Origin: Octopus sinensis
Taxonomy: Eukaryota
Direction: 5' to 3'
Length of the DNA stretch: 64,000 nt
NCBI RefSeq assembly: GCF_006345805.1
Contig: NC_043009.1
Location: 17,174,001-17,238,000, forward strand
In this document: positions 23,140 to 35,846 of the stretch, one piece after another
Layout of the letters: each line of letters opens with the position of its first letter
How positions within the stretch are numbered: position 1 is the first letter of the stretch
Notes under the pieces: generated by a model
The model's database searches: none
The model's input: only the letters and a program-made list of their open reading frames with translations
What the model was told of the DNA's origin: nothing
Made by a program: the position numbers and the translations under genes

Positions 23140-25900
23140 CTTATTGACTGTATTTGTAATGTGTGAGTTTGTTGGTTGATTTGTTTTTCTGGAAATCTTA
23201 GTTTATCCAGACTGTCAGTTAGGCATTTACTTGCAAAACCAAGTGTACCAATTACTATTGGTATGAATGTAAATTTGAAATCTGGATTTGGAAGCTGGAG
23301 GTTTCAAAGCAGTTGTCCAGAGTTAGCTTCTTTCACTTTGATTTTCAAAGAGATATTCACATCACCAGGACAGCTAACCTCTATGACACTACATACTTTT
23401 CTTGTCTGTTTCAAACAACAATATCCAGCCTATTGTGCTTACATTTGACAAATATTTTGATGGAAATGTTCCACTGGTATTCCTTGAGTTGATGTTTGCG
23501 TATTCAATAATAGGAGATGCTCCTTATCTATTTCTGAATGACATTGTATATTGTTTTTGCAACAAAGTTGTGTCAGATTGGGAGATAGTACCTTGATGAC
23601 ATTTTTGGGCAGGTGCTAATCGCCTGTTCAATGCCTTCCACTGAAATATGACATCATCTACATTTTTGGCTGCATCCTGCAGTTCCAAGGGCTTTACTGT
23701 CTCTTTTGTTGATTGGATATTTTGTAGCAACCTCATGTTCCTGGATTGCATAGCTTTTGAAGCGTGATGTCTGATGTGATGTAGTGATGACAAGTTGATA
23801 TTACTGTCTTCTTCAAGTTTTGGGGAAACATGTCCATGCATAGTGTTTTTTAGTATGCTCAGAGTTCCACATTTAGATCTTCTTTAAGATATATTAGTCC
23901 AGCTGTTTTGAGGTTGTATGGAAGGTCATCTGAAAGAGAATGCTTCCTGAGGAGCTCACATGTAAGAAATTGTCCTCATCACTTTTTGACTGCTAAATTA
24001 ATGTATTTATTTTTGATATTGTTCTTTAGCAAGTGGTGTTTGAGAAACTATAGGACATCCAAAAGCTCTCTGCACTGATCCCAAGCTTCCGCCTCCTTTA
24101 TCTCTTCTTAGGTAGAGTCTGTTGATATCACTATTCTTGTGGAGATTTCCATTTGATGTCAGTATCTTGCAGTCTTCAACATCTATGGAGTAGATTTCTT
24201 CTACAGACCAGTCAAGTAACCCAACTGTTGGAATCAGCACTGGTATTGCAAATGCATTGTGGGATATTGTCTTGCTATAAGAAGAGAGTTCCAATTGCCA
24301 TATTTTTATAATCTTGAGTCACTCTAACTTTATTCACAGTACCTTTGTATGATAGTTTTCATCCATTCCTAGGCACTTGTAGCATTCTTTGTGTGGAACA
24401 GGAGAGATAGCAAGCCCATTGATATACAGGTTTTGAGTCAGGGGGACTGATTTTCCCCATTCAACATTCAACTGTGTACATTTCTTTTGACCAAATTTCA
24501 TTTCCATTTCAACTAAAATGCTGTTATTAATTCCACCTGTTTTGATTTTTGGAGGGGGCTGGACATTGTTAACATTTTTAAAACATTAACAAAGTCCCCC
24601 CCCATAACCCCCCCCCCATAAATCTTGAGTTGTAGACCTTAGCATGTAGTCGCTTGATTTTTCTAGCTGGAATTATAATGGTCTAATGTTAAAATGAACA
24701 GAATTACAGAAAGACTATCTCCTTGGAATATTCCCTTTGTAACATTGGAGACAATTGTCCCACTCTCAGTTCTAAGTGTAAGAATTGTTGCCCAGGTTTT
24801 TGTAGACCTCTCGATGGCAGCAATTAAGATAACAGGCACTTTTGCCTGTTATCAGCCATAAGTGGGGAACAGAGTCAAATACTTTCTTATGAAGAAACCA
24901 TACTGCTGTAAGGCTCCTATGATGTTTTTTTTTTTAACTTCAGACAGTACAGCTTTGTTTATCAAAAAATTGTTCAGTGCTTCCCCACACTCCATTCTTT
25001 CCACCTGCCTACTCATCAGTTGCTATGTTGTTGGATTTGAGGCAGTTTATGTACAGTTTATACATAATCTTTAGGCAAGCAATAGGCCTATAGTTTTCAG
25101 CCAACTTGGTGGTTTCATTCTTGGCTTTAAGATTTGTCCATGCTATAGTAAACCAATTTGGTTTGTCAGTGCTTCTGTATATACATATTAGTGGTTTTCC
25201 ATAAAATGTCAGCCTCTTATACCAATATCCAATTATTAGGCTCCTTGCAGGTGCCCTCACATGATACACTTTGCATACAGCTATGGTGAAAGTTTCATTG
25301 CATGTATTTTACTGTTGATGTTGCTACAGTGGTCTCTCCTTACTGTAATTAGCCATGATGCACTAAGGCTGAGATCCCTTTTTTTGCCCCAGATTTCCAA
25401 TTAGAATCAATCAAGGTCTTGAGTGGGAGCTTCCTTAATGGTAATATTTCCCCTTCTCATCTCTCCTCTGTGAGTTAGAAGCAAACTTGTAATTTATGTA
25501 GGCTCATTCAAAGATTCACCTGTAGCAGTGAAGATTTTTGCAACTAACCTTCTTTCAAGAGCTAGGTGTGTAAAGAATCATCACAGAATTTACTTAATTT
25601 ATTCAGAAGATGTAACTGATGAGGTGGAAACTCATTTTCCTTTTTACATTTCATTCTTGTGGTTAATCATCCTACATGATAGCACAGATTGTTGATGTTT
25701 TCTTCAAGGTTCATTTCTCACCTGGGTCGTTTCCATTTAGTAGTTTCATTATCAATTACACTGCAGATTTGTATAGCTGTGTATATGAGAGAGTATTAAT
25801 ATTCTTGTTAATAACATCACATGATTTCATGTGTTCTCCAGCAAGATCATTGATAACTTTCAACATAAGAGCTGGTGAATCTTTTTTAAAATCTTATTAA
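23140..25900 (-). mobile_element. Degenerate R4/Dong-like RLE non-LTR retrotransposon, most of the ORF
   Basis: In order on the minus strand: ENYRPIACL; KGIFQGDSLSVILF; MKFGQKKC; YKCLGMDEN; AFAIPVLIPTVGLLDW..LHKNSDINRLYLRRDKGG; CCHC region ..CPKMSSRYYLP; HNRLDIVV..IEVSCPGD..FIPIVIGTLG. Many stops and frameshifts. Confidence 0.85.
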
Positions 25901-26199
25901 GAATGAACTATTGCTTAACAATAATTTCAAAAAAGTGAAAAGCTATCAGATCGTTTTTGTTGCTGTCAAAATTTTCTATTTTTTAAAATTTTGTTCCAAT
26001 TATTTTCAAATTTGGTGTATTGATGTAGTTTTGTATGTTAATTATAGAAAGGAAATTCATTTTGTTCATAAGTTAATAAATAAAAAGTTAATAATGTTTA
26101 AAGTTTGCAAATTTTGGGTAATTTTAGCCAATTGAAAACCACAGATACATTAGTGTCTGTTCCCATAGTAATAAAACAAGTTGTACTCTACTCCTGAAA

Positions 26200-26740
26200 A
26201 AGATGCAGCAAGTGTGTGTCTGTCAGAAAAGATATACAATTGGAAGGTGACACCCATCCTCTTTGGAGTGTACTGCTATTTTACCTTTACTCATGGGTCA
26301 AAGAATTGACTTCAGTTTGGTTTTGTGTTGAACTAATTACAATAGCTATGTTTGTGACGTAAGTGCAGAAAACCTGCTCCACAACCCAGATAGGGGGTCC
26401 TGGGAAGATAGTCAAGATAAACAAAACAGTCTTCTCAAGATGTAAATATAACTGAGGAAGGGTAGTTGTTATTTGAGCAGTGGATTTTTGGAGGAGTGTG
26501 CCATGAGACCAGACATGCTTTTCTTTATGTGGTGCTGTATCGGAATTGTGACTCATAAGAGGAATGCATACAACAGTTGATCCTTCCAGGAACCACAATT
26601 TTGAGTGACATGAGGAGGGCCTATTCTCACATTCCTAAAATTGATTATAATTTTTGACATAGAACAGTGAACCACAGTGTTGAGTTTATTAACTCGAAAG
26701 ATATTACCAACATGCAACAAGTAGGAAAAACACATGGGCT
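26200..26740 (+). mobile_element. Merlin (IS1595/ISXO2-like DDE) transposase remnant
   Basis: Frameshifted CSKCVSVRKD..YVCDVSAENLLHNP QIGGPGKIVKINKTVFSRCKYN*GRV..QWIFGGVCHETR..ILPGTTILSDMRRAYSHI..HRTVNHSVEF, the ISXO2-like motif order (IGGPG.IVEIDE, WVFGG, ILPGT.I.SD.WRAY, VNHS..F). Confidence 0.8.
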
Positions 26741-27764
26741 TATGTAAAATGAGGGAATAAACAATGCTGCAGGACCCACCGTTGTGGGTGACTCATATGT
26801 CAGTGAGTTTTAACCCTAATCCTAACCCAAACCCTGAGAGTGTATTCCACTTTTGTTTTCGAATTTTTGCAACAAAAAATATACTGTTCACATGAACTGG
26901 ACTATTACTATAGTATTATAATGTACAATTTGTTTTGTTTATTTTACTGTTTTTCACCAAAAAAAAATTCCATTGAGGATTTTTCTTTCTTAAATTGTTT
27001 ACATGTCTGTTCTATTATTTCACATGATTTTATTCATTAAAACTTATTAAAACTTTGAACTGCAAGAGTAACAGAAAAGATCCAAGTTTCCTGGGAACAG
27101 TGATTTCAGAATGTTTCTAAGTTGAGTATATTCCATAGTTGTCTCTGTTGACTTGGTCACTTTTGGAGAGGCACAAAAATTTAATGATGCTGGCAACAGT
27201 TTGTTTACATTATTTTCGATCCCTTTTCTGGCAGGTTTGACCAGTTCTGTTTCTATTTTTGAGAAGATTGATTTACATCACTAGAGCAAGACACTTTTTT
27301 TTAAAAAAAGAATGCTTGTTGTCAAAATTGTTCCACAATTCTTAAATTAGGGTGAGCTTCATCCCAGCATTTTTTTTAACTGCTTCATATATCCAATAGG
27401 CTTTTTCATAGCATCAAAGTAGATCTTGATTTAGATGCAAAATCCCAAATTCTTATGATTTCTTAGATAGCTAACTGGTGCTGTAGTGCTTGTTTCATTG
27501 GTAATGGTCTTATTAATTTCAGCCATGATTATACCAGCAAACTTACACATTATATAAGGTATATTTCTTTTGAATCCAGTCTGAATAATGCTATGTTGGC
27601 AAGTAAAGGGTGTTTATCTTATTCATAATGGAAAAAAATCAACCAGTTACTGATTTAAGCTGGAGGAGTTGGCATCAATGGAGATGGAAACATTAAAAAA
27701 AAAAAATGTAATTTTAAAGTCTCCTCTACACCTACACGTCTGGTGCTAACGGCACCATCTTGTT

Positions 27765-28180
27765 TGTTTGTCTGTCTGTCTGTCTGTCTGTATGTATGTA
27801 TGTATGTATGTATGTATGTATGTTTGTATCTAGGTATGTATGTATGTATGTATGTATGTATGTATGCATGCATGTATGTATGTATGTATGTATGTATGTA
27901 TGTATGTATGTATGTATGTATGTATGTGTGTATGTATGTATGTATGTATGCATGCATGTATGTGTGTATGTATGTATGTATGTATGTATGTATGTATGTA
28001 TGTATGTATGTATGCATGCATGTATGTGTGTATGTATGTATGTATGTATGTATGTATGTATGTATGTATGTATGTATGTATGTATGTATGTATGTATGTA
28101 TGTATGCATGTATGTATGCATGTATGTATACATGCATGTATGTGTGTATGTGTGTATGTATGCATGTATGTATGTATTGC
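27765..28180. repeat. ~400-bp (TATG)n array preceded by (TGTC)n
   Basis: Direct observation; explains ORFs 27655..28300. Confidence 0.95.
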
Positions 28181-28627
28181 AATGTTATCATCAGTCCAAA
28201 TATGCTTGATGCATGTTTGAACTTGGGACCAAGCTACTCACTGCATGACAAAATATTTGGACTGATAAATAACATTACAGTTTTTCTCATCCCTGCTTAG
28301 TATGTATTGTATGTAAACTGCTTTCAAGTCAATGAACTGTGACTTGGCTCGTGTGCCATCTTCAATGCCAGTCATTAATATTGATTGTCGTAGACAAGTT
28401 CTTATTTGAACAAGTTTGGATTGATCTAGGATAATATCGTCCTGCTTTGTGAATTTTTACCTGTAATTCAAACGATAAATCCTTGTCAAACACATTATGT
28501 CAGACTGATTCTGCCTGAAAATTATGTTGAGGGTATCCATTTGTGTGGTATACTCAGCCACTTTCCTTGTTAATTCGGAAGCATTCAATTCAAATGAGTG
28601 AATAAATGAATCATTGGAACACACTGT

Positions 28628-28940
28628 TTCATCATCATCATCCTTTGGCGGATGTTTCCCATGCTGGCATGGGTTGGACGGTTTGACCAGAGCAAGCAGG
28701 AGAGCTGCACCAAGTACCAGTCTGGTTTGTCTTGGTTCCTTCAGATGGATGCTCTTCCTAATGACAATCACTTCAGAGAAAGTGCTGAGTGCTTTTTACA
28801 TGGCACCAGCATGGGTGCCTTTTACGTGGCTTCAGCAGGGGTGCCTTTTACGGGGTACAGCACAAGTCCTTTGTACATGGCACTAGCACAGGACTCTTGC
28901 AAACCAGGGGGAATGGCATTAACACTTCTGCTGTGAAGGA
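28628..28940 (-). mobile_element. RTE-tailed repeat, family D
   Basis: (cat)n, tttcccatgctggcatgggttggacgg, gatgctcttcctaatg, three ttttac..gcacc units. Other minus copies at 29030-29230 and 34050-34220; tail-only stubs at 3825-3877, 46100-46160, 47670-47720. Confidence 0.8.
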
Positions 28941-28982
28941 CAGGGCTTTTTGAGTACAGCAAGATACCAGATATCTCAGTCC

Positions 28983-29016
<34 letters not shown>

Positions 29017-29240
29017 TTAACATCATTATCTTCTTCATTATCTAATATCTGTTTTCCATATTGGTATGGGTTGGACAGTTTGACAGGAGCCGGCCAGATA
29101 GAAGACTACACAAGGTTACTGTGTCTGTTCTGGTAGGGTTTTTACAGCTGGATGCCCTTCCAAATGCCAACCACTTTACAGTGTGGACTGGATACTTTTT
29201 TGTGGCACCAGCACTGGCAGGGTCACCAAGTAAATATATA

Positions 29241-29635
29241 AGGAGTGGCTGTGTGGTAAGAAGCTTGCTTCCCAACCATATGGTTCTGTGTCCAGTTCCA
29301 CTGCATGGCACCTTGGGCAAGTGTCTTCTATTATAGCCTTGGGTGACCAAAGCCTTTTGAGTGGATTTGGTAGATGGAAACTGAAAGAAGTCCGTCGTAT
29401 ATATATATATTTATAAATATATATATACATTTGTGTGTGTGTCTGTGTTTGTTTGCACACCATCGCTTAACAACTGATGGTGGTGTGTTTACATCCCTGT
29501 ACCTTAGCAGTTCAGCAAAAGAGACCGATAGAATAAGTACTAAGCTTACAAAGAATAAGTCCTGGGGTCGATTTGTTTGACTAAAGGTGGTGCTCCAGCA
29601 TGGCCACATGACTGAAGCAAGTAAAAGAAAAGAAT
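29241..29635 (+). mobile_element. tRNA-derived SINE, family A
   Basis: Collinear with 12941-13362. Confidence 0.88.
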
Positions 29636-29654
29636 ATATATATACACACACATA

Positions 29655-30060
29655 TGTGACTGTGTGGTAAGAAGTTTTGTTCCCAATGACATGTTCTCCA
29701 GTTCAGTGCCATAGTGCAACACTTTGAGCAAATGTCTTCTACTATAGCCCTAGGCCAACCAGAGCCTTATGAGTCGATATGGCAGATGGAAACTGAAGGA
29801 AGCTTGCCATATATGTTTGTGTATGTTACTGTCTCTTTGCCTTGACATTGCATGATAGTTTTAAGTGAAAGTCACTGACATACAAGCAGTGTCGTTCATG
29901 TCCAATCTTTCATGAAATATGTCTGGCGATGCGGAAATATTACCTTGGAAACTTGTGATGGTCAGCAACAAGAAGGGCATCCAACTATAGAAAATCTGCT
30001 TCAACAAATTTCTTGCAATCATGAAAAAGTGGACATTAAATGGTGACGATGATGATGAGA
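29655..30060 (+). mobile_element. Composite SINE: family A head/core plus family-D-like 3' end
   Basis: ctgtgtggtaagaag head, ctttgagcaaatgtcttc core, different middle, then aagaagggcatccaactatagaaa and gtggacattaaatggtgacgatgatgatg tail. Confidence 0.7.
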
Positions 30061-30957
30061 GTGATGTAAATATGCTTTCAAAGGATTGCCATAATTTGAT
30101 GATGAGAATTCAGTTGTTCACTATTTGGAATTACCTACTCCTGAATTAACATGTAAGTGGCTGAATATTCCACAGACACAGGTACCATTTATTGTGACTC
30201 TCAGGTAGAATCAATGTGACACAGTGTGTGACAAGGCTTTATCTTTTGAATTACATGTACAATCCACCAGATTGGTGTCTATACACTGTGTCTGTCTGTC
30301 TGTCTCACTCTACACACACACATACACACACACACACGCACACACATACACACACTCATGCATATTATATATGGTTGCAAACAAACTTGCTCAACTTATA
30401 CTACACGGCACTTATAGAATTACAGAATTACTTATTGATTTTTTTATGCATTTGCTTTTATGGATAAGATATCCAAATTTTGATATTCTAAATACTATTC
30501 TTTGGAAACAAATGGTCACTTTTTAATCATCATGATCATAATCCAGTTCATTTATATTACTCCTTTGGTCAGTTGCACAGAAAAGATACTTGGTGCCTGG
30601 GGGCAAATATATTTTGGTGATCAAACTTTAATTAGTAGATGTGACAGGCCAAAGGATATTGTATGTCTCTTCACACCTATACACAGGAAGAGTTTCACTG
30701 CTCCTCTTTCACTCTGGTTACATCTATACTCATACATGTTACATGGTTCACTGAATCATTTCTTCATATCTTTCAACGCTTCTTTTTTTCCCTCTCATCT
30801 AACACTTTTACAATATTCCCAAGTCTGTGTTTAACCATTTCCTTTCAAGTCTTCATTGTTCTTTCACAGTTACATTTCGACACTCAGGCCACTGGTGTTA
30901 TTCAGCTGGTATCGTGTATTTCCAAGTGCATACCAATATAATTGTCTTTTCCATATA

Positions 30958-31777
30958 TGCTGGGTGCAATGGGTAAATTGTCACCACTTTATACTTTTAA
31001 TTTCCCACATGCACGTTGTTTGTTTTTGATTTCGTCAACTACACAGTATAGTAGGGTCAGTTGGGCACCATCTGTGAGAAAAAACAGCACCATGATGCAA
31101 TTCACTCCGTCAGAAATTTGGAAACAACATTCTGTACTGCTTGGAAGTGATAAAAATTGTGCTGAGAGTGATAAAAATCAAACATTCAAACATCATGGTG
31201 TTTGGAGTGATCACTAGTGATGGCGACATTATGCCTCCATTCGTCTTCCCACACAGATTCAGACTGAACACAGAAGTCAACATCAAGTGGAGGAGGTAGT
31301 GTCACCCTGGGTCAAGAGGATGGTTGCTGGAAGACATTATGTTTGGCAACAGGACTCTGCACCATGCCACACAAGCAGAACCCAGCCATGACTGCCAGAC
31401 AATTTCTGTGACCACATCACCCCTAACATCTGACCACCTAGCTCCCCAGACTGTAACCCCTTTGATGATAATGTGTGGGGCACAGTTGAGCAAGAAACCA
31501 ACAAAACTACGTGTAACACCGAAAATGAACTGAAGGCAAGGATTATGGCAGCATTCACCAAATTAAACAAGGAGGCCACCCAGAAGAGTTGCAGGAGATT
31601 CCGAAGTTGTCTAGAGGCCATGGTTGAAGCCAATGGCGATTTTATTGAATAAATTCACTCTTAAGTATTTCAAGATATTTCCATGTAATTTTGGTAAATA
31701 TGTCTGTTAAAATTAGATGTCATTGTTATTTTCATTGTTGCATAATTTAGACAACAGTTAATTCACCGCACCCTGTA
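30958..31777 (+). mobile_element. Internally deleted DD37D (maT) Tc1/mariner element
   Basis: Imperfect TIRs (ctgggtgc..taaattgtc / gacaacagttaattcaccgcaccctgta). C-terminal transposase IMVFGVITSDGDIMPP..YVWQQDSAPCHTS..SPDCNPFD..VWGTVEQETNKT..RFRSCLEAMVEANGDFIE*. Confidence 0.85.
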
Positions 31778-33020
31778 CATTGACCAATGCCATGACCAGC
31801 TGCTTTCTCACTCATTGTTTTTCCTAAAGTAACATAACATATCCAACTAACTTAAGAATCACCGATTTCTCTCCTCGAGCTGATATTTGGAACTGTGAAA
31901 TTTTACCCAATTAGGACAGAGGACAAATTAAATCATACTTAAAATTTTGATAATTTTCACATCTTCCTTTGTACTCTTATTTTATTCACTGTCATACAAA
32001 GTCAAGCAACATGTAATACTAACAAACAAAAAAATAATAATAATTAAAGCTGTTACATTTTCTGTTCTTTTTTTTTTTTTTTTTCCTAATTCATTTTATC
32101 TTCAGTGTTTCTGAGATCAGTAGTTCTGAAGCCTTTACAGGTCAGTATTCTTGAACTTATGGGTCATTCCTTCATGCTTTATCAGTTGTGTCCATGCAAT
32201 AGATTTTCTTTTACCACACAACACAACAACTCATCATCATGTCTAAATGTCTATTAATGCTCTTCACTGAAACCATTATTCAGAATGATATATGTGCCAA
32301 TAACAACACAATAAAATTTAAAATAGCAATAATTCATTTTGTAGTTATTTTTAAATATAATTGATGAATTTGACTCAATGGATCAACAGCTCTCTAAAGT
32401 CCTATAGTCATTAACATCAGTCTTAGATGCTACAATCAAATATCGTTTGAGTAACTACTTCATATTTTGATAAAATTTCATTGTGATAGACAAATGAAGC
32501 CTGCTATTTTGTATCACAATACCATAAGGACTTCTAATATACACTTGTCAGTCAACACATCTTTAGTTTATTCCATCAACTTATGCTGTTGGTATTATCT
32601 AAAAGGATAATTGTTTATACCATACGTTAGTGTTTGCCTTCTTTTACTCGTTAACCATTCAATCATCTTTTGCAGCATTGATAGTTGAGACAAAATAATC
32701 ATTACTTCTTGCAGAATAGGTACCAAACTGTTCAAAAAGTAATAAAGAGCAAAGCTTCCTTTCTAGATTCCTTCTACAATTCTCTGTTTTCTTAACTAAA
32801 AACCAACCCAGTGTAATTCTTGAGATGGCATTTAATTTTGGTAAATATTTCAATAGCACATTTTATATACACAAAATGATAGCAGAATCTAATTTTCTAA
32901 AGATTTTACATGAGAGAATAGATGAGTGATACATGTCTTTTAGAAGTGAAGTTCCCAAGCAATTCTTTGCAGTTTTATTCTCAGCATCTAAATAGGATGA
33001 CTTTAGTAATATTAACTTAC

Positions 33021-33146
33021 CAGAACAGGAAAATCCATTTTCTGCCAAAACATATCTCTCTGGTTCACACTCACAATGATGAGAGCCAATAGTGTTAATG
33101 CAGATTTGTGCACAGTTCCCATTACTGCTAAGGCATTCATTGATGT
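33021..33146 (-). CDS. Exon C: calcium-binding EGF module 2
   Basis: Acceptor tttttcttgtttag, donor G|gtaagt, 126 nt, phase 1-1. [42 protein letters not shown]. Confidence 0.93.
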
Positions 33147-34894
33147 CTAAACAAGAAAAAGTACATAAAAATAATTATTTCTAGCATAGGTACAAAATAA
33201 TTTAATACTGATTTCAGATTCTGGCACAAGGCCAACAACTTTAAGAATGGAGCTAAGTTGATTTCATTGACTCCATTTACTCAACTGGTATTTTACTGAC
33301 CTTAAAAGGATGACAGACAAAGCTGACTTCAGCAGAATTTGAACTCAAAATGTAAAAACAGACAAGATGTCACTAAGCATTTTGCCCAGCGTGCTTATGA
33401 TTCTACCAGTTCACTGCCCTACAAAATAATTCAGTACAAACAACGACAGTAATCAATGCCATCGGACACATATGAAACGTTTTACCCTGTATTGCAACAC
33501 AAGAGGGCTGTGAAAAACATGACCTGCCAGAAAAAACATGACCTGGCAGAGAATACCAGATAGCTGACATTTTAAGGAAGAACTTGGAAAGGAGTTAAGG
33601 AGATGACTCAAGGTGGGATGAACTCAATATTGGTGATGAGAATAGGAGATAGAACTGAGTCAGGAATGCTTGAGTGGTAGTGTGAGGAGAAACCTCTATA
33701 TGTGTTTGACTGTCACAATATAGCAGCTAGATTATATATCTCATACCACATAGCAGCAACAATTCTCACAAAATTTTATACTGAGAATAGTAGTTAATGC
33801 AGAGGAGGGGAGGGGATGCAGCAGGGTTGATGTGAGGTGGAGAGATAAGTGGTTTGGGAATGCCTGAGTGGTGGAAGTACAAAATCAGCGAGCTCCAAGA
33901 AACAGAGACTATTATAGAAAAAAAAGACAGAGTAGACAACATGTCTGCCAATTAGTCAAGTGGCCCTTCTCAGCAACACTGTTCTTGATCTGGGAGTATT
34001 ACTTTATTGAAAGACTTGTGTGAGCCTTGTAGAATGGTGGCATAACTTCATCTTCATCATCATCATCATTGTTTAGCATCCATTTAACATGCTGGAATGG
34101 GTTGAGCAGTTTGACAGGAGCTGGCCAACCAGAGAGCTCTCCAGACCCCAATCTGTTTTGGCATGGTCTCTTTGCTCTCCCTAATGCCAACAACTTTACA
34201 GTGTGAATATTTGCTCCTACCACAAAAAAAAAAAAAGAAATTCTATTTTTTTATAAAGCAGTTAAATATCATAAAGCTTTTAAATTTGTCCACTTCCTAT
34301 GGATAACACCATAATAGGACTGAAAGGATGAGGGAAATTCAGTTAGGTTAATTGACCTGCTACAGATAGCAGGCAAATCTACTTTAGATTCTACTATTTT
34401 ATCATCACAATAGAAGAATATAGTGGATAAATTAGTCCTAAATATAATATAGCAAATCCAGGTAGGGTGGTCATGGTTAGAAAAATGATCAAAGAGCAAA
34501 ATACCTATGGGACACACCTAATCATTCAGCTGACTGCATCAACATTGCATAAATATGTTTCACTAGAAAACTCCAAAACCATGGAACAGCAGGGATGACT
34601 TTCACCAAAGGCTATTATTTATAGTAGGTCAAGCAATCCTACAGACTCCCCTTCATTGTCTTAGACCTTTTATGCTGTAATCTATTGACATTAGATAAAT
34701 TATTGAAAGCTCTACAATAGTCATCCATCTTCTTTACGAAAAGCTCTGAGACGCAATTTTATTGATGATGGCATCGTTGCAAAATATTTTTTATTGTCAA
34801 ATTTACATACAAAGTAGTCGTCTTTCATTTGTTTCCAAGACTGACTATTCCTTATATATCACATGATTCTGTGATCCTGAGAGATATTTAGAAG

Positions 34895-34985
34895 ATGAAG
34901 AAGAAGAAGAAGAAGAAGAAGAAGAAGAAGAAGAACAACAACAACACAACAACAACAACACAACAACAACAACAACAGCAACAAT
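34895..34985. repeat. (GAA)n-(CAA)n microsatellite just 3' of exon B donor
   Basis: Direct observation. Confidence 0.9.
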
Positions 34986-35006
34986 GAATAGTAAAGTGCT
35001 TATTAC

Positions 35007-35129
35007 CAGTGCAGTTCTTCTTATTTTCTGTTAGTTGGAATCCTTTGGGACAGGAACAGTGGACAGAGCCAGGAGTATTGTGACATTTGTGTTCACAGGC
35101 AAAATAATTGTTCTCGCATTCATCAATGT
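35007..35129 (-). CDS. Exon B: calcium-binding EGF module 1
   Basis: Acceptor ttttctccacag, donor G|gtaata, 123 nt, phase 1-1. DIDECENNYFACEHKCHNTPGSVHCSCPKGFQLTENKKNCT. Confidence 0.93.
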
Positions 35130-35314
35130 CTGTGGAGAAAATGACAAATGATAAATGGTAAACACTTCAATATTTCCAATAAAGTTACTAACAGACCCAT
35201 TCCTGAAGAATTTCTGAAAGATATTTATTCTGAGGGGCAAGTATTGGACAATTTAGCACAGAATGTGGCAAGTGTGATATTTAAGTAATCTGAAGAAAGA
35301 AAGGGGCAACTGCA

Positions 35315-35406
<92 letters not shown>

Positions 35407-35627
35407 CGCACATATGTTTGTGTGTGTGTGGGGTGGGGTGGGGTGAGGCCAGTTCTTAGTTTGCTAGTTTAGCATTTAAACCAGCCATATTCTAAATGTT
35501 TTATGCTCAAATTGACCAGATCCAACCTCTCACACCTACCCTACAAAGTTATTCGAAAAATAAACAATCACATCGATGAAATCTCAAAGCAGGATTAATT
35601 CAAAACAAGGTAAATAAAAAATCATAA

Positions 35628-35846
35628 TGAGGGAGTGCTGAAAATTTCTTGGCTTTAAGGGTATCGTGAAAGGCCTGGCTGGAGACCCAGCTTTCTGAGT
35701 TCTTTTACAGGGCTTGGAGAAACTGATGGACTGCTGCAATAAGGGTTTGAATCTGAGTGGGGAATATGTTGAATAAGATCATAATTAACTGATCCCACTC
35801 CTGTGTTTTCTTTTACCCAAAGCCAGGAACTTGTCAGCATCCCCCC
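35628..35846 (+). mobile_element. Mariner-derived MITE (~215 bp); second copy at 47064-47276
   Basis: TIR gggagtgctgaaaatttcttggcttt / aaagccaggaacttgtcagcatccc; internal QGLEKLMDCCNKGLNLSGEYVE* resembles a mariner C-terminus. Confidence 0.8.

Noticed and set aside
28479-28532. 54-nt AG...GT-bounded segment on the minus strand
   Set aside because: Open only in phase 2-2, which is incompatible with the phase-1 gene; no domain similarity.
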